Source: an uncultured Opitutales bacterium
GTDB taxonomy: Bacteria > Verrucomicrobiota > Verrucomicrobiia > Opitutales > Intestinicryptomonadaceae
Length of the DNA: 32,000 nucleotides
Assembly: GCA_934660865.1 (NCBI GenBank)
Contig: CAKUIA010000004.1
Coordinates: 60,001 to 92,000, forward strand
Reading direction: 5' to 3'
A program made the position numbers and the translations under genes. Positions 28,670 to 32,000 of the stretch are shown in pieces (position 1 is the first letter of the stretch; each line of letters opens with the position of its first letter). The notes beneath the pieces are model-generated. The model saw nothing but the letters and a program-made list of their open reading frames with translations. It did not search any database and was not told the origin of the DNA.

Positions 28670-29164
28670 TTAGGCCTGGGGAGCTTCTTCCTTTTCGCTC
28701 TTGGCCTTGATTACGTTCAACAAGCCCTGAGGAGCCGCCAACAGGATAGTCGAAAGCAACATCGAACGGATACCGTCGAGGTTGGGAAGCTTGCTGAGAG
28801 CTTCGATTTCGTCCTTGTTCAAAAGCTTCTTGTCGAGCACGCCAACTTTAACATTGGCTCTGTCGTTGGTTTTAAGAAAGTCTACAAGAATTTTTGCAAC
28901 TTCTGTGGGCGATTTGCCGCCAGCTACAACACCTGTAGGGCCATTGAGAAATTCCGACATATCGGGCAATTCGCGCGATTTTGCGGCAATTTCGAAAATG
29001 GTGTTCTTTACAATGTGAAACTGTGCGCCCTTTTCGGCCAACTGTTTGCGCAAGTCGCTTGCTGCCGCAACGGTTACGCCTGTAAAGTTCATCAAGAACA
29101 CATAGTCGGAGTCGGCAATGTGGGCAACGGCTTCATCTATAAGGTATTTCTTTTCCGGTCTCAT
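28670..29164 (-). CDS. rplJ: 50S ribosomal protein L10
   Basis: 164 aa. L10-family sequence (FTGVTVAAASDLRKQL...). GGAG lies 10 nt upstream of the ATG. Starts 13 nt after the rplA stop. Confidence 0.95.
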   Translation of the reverse strand: MRPEKKYLIDEAVAHIADSDYVFLMNFTGVTVAAASDLRKQLAEKGAQFHIVKNTIFEIAAKSRELPDMSEFLNGPTGVVAGGKSPTEVAKILVDFLKTNDRANVKVGVLDKKLLNKDEIEALSKLPNLDGIRSMLLSTILLAAPQGLLNVIKAKSEKEEAPQA

Positions 29165-29177
29165 TTGTGTAAAACTC

Positions 29178-29861
29178 CTATTCTCCCATTACCGGATTCA
29201 ATTTAAGACCCGGAGTCATTGTTGCGCTTAAGGTTAATGTGTCGATATACTTGCCCTTGAGCGTTTCGGGACGAACCGACATAAGGCTTGCGTAAGCCGC
29301 CTTTGCGTTTTCAACCAACTTTTCGTTGCTGAAGCTGCGCTTGCCGATAACGATGCAAATGTTGCCCGTTTTGTCCATTTTGTATTCTACACGGCCAGCC
29401 TTAACTTCCTTAACGGCGGTTTCGATGTCGTCTGTAACGGTGCCGCTTTTGGGATTGGGCATTAAGCCTCTCGGACCCAAAACTCTGGCGGCCTTGCGAA
29501 CCGACTTCATAGCCGAAGTAGTGGAAACGGCAACGTCGAAATCGAGCCAACCGTCTTCGATTTTCTTAATCATATCGTCCAAACCGGCAAAGTCGGCACC
29601 TGCGTCGAGAGCCTGTTTTGCGTTTTCGGTGAAAACCAAAACTCTAACTTTTTTGCCGCTGCCGTTGGGCAGACGAACCGTACCTCTAATGCTGAGGTTG
29701 GCCTGTTTGGGGTCCAGCTGTATCTTTGCCGACAACTGAACTGTTTCGTCGAACTTAGCCTTGGGCATTTTCGAGAGAGCTTCTACAGCTTCTGCTATTG
29801 CCACAGGCGCGTCTTTTACATTTGCCAAAGACGCCTTATATTTTTTGCTTCTTTTTACCAT
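29178..29861 (-). CDS. rplA: 50S ribosomal protein L1
   Basis: 227 aa. Canonical L1 (FDETVQLSAKIQLDPK...GPRGLMPNPKSGTV). Confidence 0.96.
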   Translation of the reverse strand: MVKRSKKYKASLANVKDAPVAIAEAVEALSKMPKAKFDETVQLSAKIQLDPKQANLSIRGTVRLPNGSGKKVRVLVFTENAKQALDAGADFAGLDDMIKKIEDGWLDFDVAVSTTSAMKSVRKAARVLGPRGLMPNPKSGTVTDDIETAVKEVKAGRVEYKMDKTGNICIVIGKRSFSNEKLVENAKAAYASLMSVRPETLKGKYIDTLTLSATMTPGLKLNPVMGE

Positions 29862-29921
29862 GACTTTTTTTGTTTGTCTCCTGCTTGATTGCAGTGCGGT
29901 TTTTTATGTTTTGTATAAAGG

Positions 29922-29952
29922 GGCTTTTTGGGGATTTGCCCTAAAAAGCCCA
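29922..29952 (-). promoter_or_regulatory. stable hairpin in the rplK-rplA spacer (attenuator or L1-operator candidate)
   Basis: Minus-strand GGGCUUUUUAGGG-CAAAU-CCCCAAAAAGCCC (12 bp plus one A-C mismatch) followed by a weak U-tract, CUUUAU. Confidence 0.4.
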
Positions 29953-29962
29953 AAATGTTTTA

Positions 29963-30388
29963 TTAGGCAACAACGTCTACACCCATCGAACGCGCTGTGC
30001 CTGCAATGATTTTTGCGGCCGCTTCGGGGGTTGTGGCGTTAAGGTCTTTCTGCTTAAGCTTGGCAATTTCGGCAACCTGGGCTGCCGTAATTTTGCCTAC
30101 CTTGTCGGTATTGGGCTTGGCGCTGCCCGAAGCGAGCTTGGCGGCCTTCTTGATGAGAACCGAAGCCGGCGGGCTTTTAAGAATGAACGAGAAAGACTTG
30201 TCCTGATATACCGAGATTATGGCGGGCAAAATCATACCCGTTTGGTCTTTGGTACGCGCGTTGAATTCTTTGCAGAACGCCATAATGTTGACGCCGGCCG
30301 CACCCAATGCGGGGCCTACCGGAGGAGCGGGGTTGGCCGCGCCTGCGGGCAACTGCAACTTAACTACTTTTACTACTTTTTTTGCCAT
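29963..30388 (-). CDS. rplK: 50S ribosomal protein L11
   Basis: 141 aa. [20 protein letters not shown] is the canonical L11 N-terminus. Confidence 0.97.
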   Translation of the reverse strand: MAKKVVKVVKLQLPAGAANPAPPVGPALGAAGVNIMAFCKEFNARTKDQTGMILPAIISVYQDKSFSFILKSPPASVLIKKAAKLASGSAKPNTDKVGKITAAQVAEIAKLKQKDLNATTPEAAAKIIAGTARSMGVDVVA

Positions 30389-30443
30389 TTTATGACCTTT
30401 TTATATCTTCTTTTTTAGAGGCTTTATCGTAATATAATAAATT

Positions 30444-31025
30444 CTATTCTTCCGCGTAGCTTACCTGTTTGTAGTCCAGCTCTACGGGAGTAAATCTGCC
30501 GAAAATCGAAACGCTTACCTTCAATTTTCCGTTTGCCGAGTCGATTTCCTCTATAACGCCTGTAAGGCTCATAAAGGGTCCCTCGTTTATCTTTACATTG
30601 TCGCCGACCTTGTATTTTATATCGGTCTTTACAGTTTCCTGCGAATTTTCAAGCTGGGCGAGCAACGCCTTAATTTCTTTGTCGCGCAAAGGGGTCGGCC
30701 TTGTGCCGCCCATAAAATTGGTAACGCCGTTTATTGATTTTACAAAATACCAGGGCGCTTCTATCAGTTTGTCGTCGTCATCGTAAAGCTTTACTTTAAC
30801 GAAAACGTAGCCGGGGAAAAGCTTGCGGGGTTTCGGATCCTGCTTTTTGCCGTCTTTATATGTGGTAACTTTTTCTTCGGGAACAAGTATGTCGTCTTTG
30901 GAGATATACTCCGACATATCGTTAAGCTCTATCTGATTTATAAGAGACGCTTGAACCTTTTTCTCCATATTGGTGCGAACTTGCACCGCATACCACTTAC
31001 GATTGCTTGTATCTAAGCTTGACAT
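30444..31025 (-). CDS. nusG: transcription termination/antitermination factor NusG
   Basis: 193 aa. NGN domain (KWYAVQVRTNMEKKV...FPGYVFVKV) and C-terminal KOW (VGDNVKINEGPFMSLTGVIEEID). Confidence 0.95.
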   Translation of the reverse strand: MSSLDTSNRKWYAVQVRTNMEKKVQASLINQIELNDMSEYISKDDILVPEEKVTTYKDGKKQDPKPRKLFPGYVFVKVKLYDDDDKLIEAPWYFVKSINGVTNFMGGTRPTPLRDKEIKALLAQLENSQETVKTDIKYKVGDNVKINEGPFMSLTGVIEEIDSANGKLKVSVSIFGRFTPVELDYKQVSYAEE

Positions 31026-31048
31026 ACCTATTTATTAACCCCGTTGGC

Positions 31049-31261
31049 TTAGTGTGCGCTTCTGACCAAGTCGGTCAGCAGACCTATTACATTGTATATG
31101 GAAAAGTCGGCAAGACCCAAAAAAGCGCCTAAAATGGCCAACGATACGAAAACCATTATCATAGACGCTCTAATTTCTTTTCCGTTTGGCCATGCAACTT
31201 TTTTAAGTTCGGCAACGGTTTCTCTGTAATATTGTCTGATTTTGCTGAAAGGATTTGCCAT
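31049..31261 (-). CDS. secE: preprotein translocase subunit SecE
   Basis: 70 aa from the ATG at 31261. Amphipathic N-terminus (ETVAELKKVAWP) followed by a single TM, in the conserved position between tRNA-Trp and nusG. The track ORF start at 31330 reads into the tRNA. Confidence 0.85.
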   Translation of the reverse strand: MANPFSKIRQYYRETVAELKKVAWPNGKEIRASMIMVFVSLAILGAFLGLADFSIYNVIGLLTDLVRSAH

Positions 31262-31280
31262 TTTTTTGCCTTGTGGGAAG

Positions 31281-31356
31281 TGGCAGGGGCGGAGGGACTC
31301 GAACCCCCAACCGATGGTTTTGGAGACCACTACTCTACCAATTGCGCTACACCCCT
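31281..31356 (-). tRNA. tRNA-Trp (anticodon CCA), CCA-3' encoded
   Basis: Hand-folded 76-nt cloverleaf: acceptor AGGGGUG/CGCCCCU, anticodon loop CUCCAAA, T-arm GGGGG-UUCGAGU-CCCUC, 3' GCCA. Classic tuf-tRNA-Trp-secE context. Confidence 0.93.
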
Positions 31357-31370
31357 GTAATTCTCTTTTA

Positions 31371-31414
31371 AAATAAAAAAATACACCGCCGCCGCCATAA
31401 AAGGCGGCAAACGG
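31371..31414 (-). terminator. candidate intrinsic terminator after tuf
   Basis: Minus-strand CCG-UUU-GCCGCC / GGCGGC-GG-CGG hairpin (loop UUUUAU), then UGUA and U7AU4, 20 nt after the tuf stop. Confidence 0.55.
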
Positions 31415-31434
31415 AATATTGTGCCTAAGCTAAA

Positions 31435-32000
31435 TTAGCTTAAAACTTCGCTTACGCGGCCTGCACCGATTGTACGGCCACCTTCGCGGATAGCGAAACG
31501 CTGACCTTTTTCCATAGCAACGGGCTTTTGCAAGTCGATTTCGATGGAAACATTGTCGCCGGGCATAACCATTTCTGTGCCTTCGGGAAGTTTGCAAACG
31601 CCGGTAACGTCGGCTGTACCGAAGAAGAACTGCGGACGATAGTTTGTGAAGAAGGGAGTATGACGGCCGCCTTCGTCCTTGGTGAGAACGTAGATTTCAG
31701 CCTTGGCCTTCGTGTGGGGGTGAATGGAACCGGGCTTTGCAATAACGTGGCCGCGCTGGATTTGGTCTTTTTCGATACCGCGCAAGAGCAAGCCAACGTT
31801 GTCGCCTGCCTGACCCTGATCGAGAGTCTTGCGGAACATTTCAACGCCGGTTACGGTTGTTTTCATTGTTTCGCCCAAGCCAACGATTTCAACTTCTTCG
31901 TTAACCTTTACAACACCGCGTTCGATACGGCCTGTTGCAACTGTACCACGACCTGTAATCGAGAATACGTCTTCAACGCTCATCATGAAGGGCTTGTCGG
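31435..32000 (-). CDS. tuf: elongation factor Tu (C-terminal part; gene continues beyond the window edge)
   Basis: Domains II and III of EF-Tu ([17 protein letters not shown]...[20 protein letters not shown]...[16 protein letters not shown]). The reading frame is open to position 32000. Confidence 0.97.
   Translation of the reverse strand, partial: DKPFMMSVEDVFSITGRGTVATGRIERGVVKVNEEVEIVGLGETMKTTVTGVEMFRKTLDQGQAGDNVGLLLRGIEKDQIQRGHVIAKPGSIHPHTKAKAEIYVLTKDEGGRHTPFFTNYRPQFFFGTADVTGVCKLPEGTEMVMPGDNVSIEIDLQKPVAMEKGQRFAIREGGRTIGAGRVSEVLS

Noticed and set aside
1-32000. A search for CRISPR arrays, IS or transposase genes, integrases, toxin-antitoxin pairs or defence islands.
   Set aside because: I saw no repeat-spacer periodicity, no terminal inverted repeats, and no ORF with transposase, integrase or nuclease-defence features. 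Every long ORF is accounted for by housekeeping or conserved families.

Overview
This window is a compact housekeeping region, apparently chromosomal, at roughly 48% GC. I found no mobile elements, CRISPR arrays or recognisable defence genes. Positions 16.4-32.0 kb (minus strand) hold one uninterrupted translation/transcription cluster: tuf (partial), tRNA-Trp, secE, nusG, rplK, rplA, rplJ, rplL, rpoB, rpoC, rpsL, rpsG, fusA, rpsJ. There is no second tuf after fusA, and rpsJ is followed by a strong terminator rather than rplC. From memory this order resembles Chlamydia/PVC-type genomes, but that is only an inference. Positions 0-16 kb carry biosynthetic and envelope genes. On the minus strand these are clpP, metW, metX, hemN, hemE, murJ, tatD, hisG, tRNA-Ala(GGC), a secreted Sel1-repeat protein, a signal-peptide Gfo/Idh/MocA oxidoreductase, mnmA and an AmpG-family MFS permease. 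On the plus strand are trxB and a two-gene cassette. The least understood content is: (1) that plus-strand cassette, encoding an IscU/NifU-N-like Cys-rich protein and a GGGtGRT-family (PF14057-like) protein of unknown function, with its own promoter-like site, a palindrome and a terminator; (2) a GC-rich, helix-rich leader of about 190 nt upstream of the AmpG-like permease, inside an unusually long 560-bp non-coding gap, which I cannot assign to a known riboswitch class; (3) an atypical L10/L12 arrangement, with a 13-nt rplA-rplJ junction and a 200-nt hairpin-rich spacer between rplJ and rplL. I do not see a convincing new multi-gene system beyond these candidates. Several ORF-track starts are upstream over-extensions and were trimmed to conserved N-termini.
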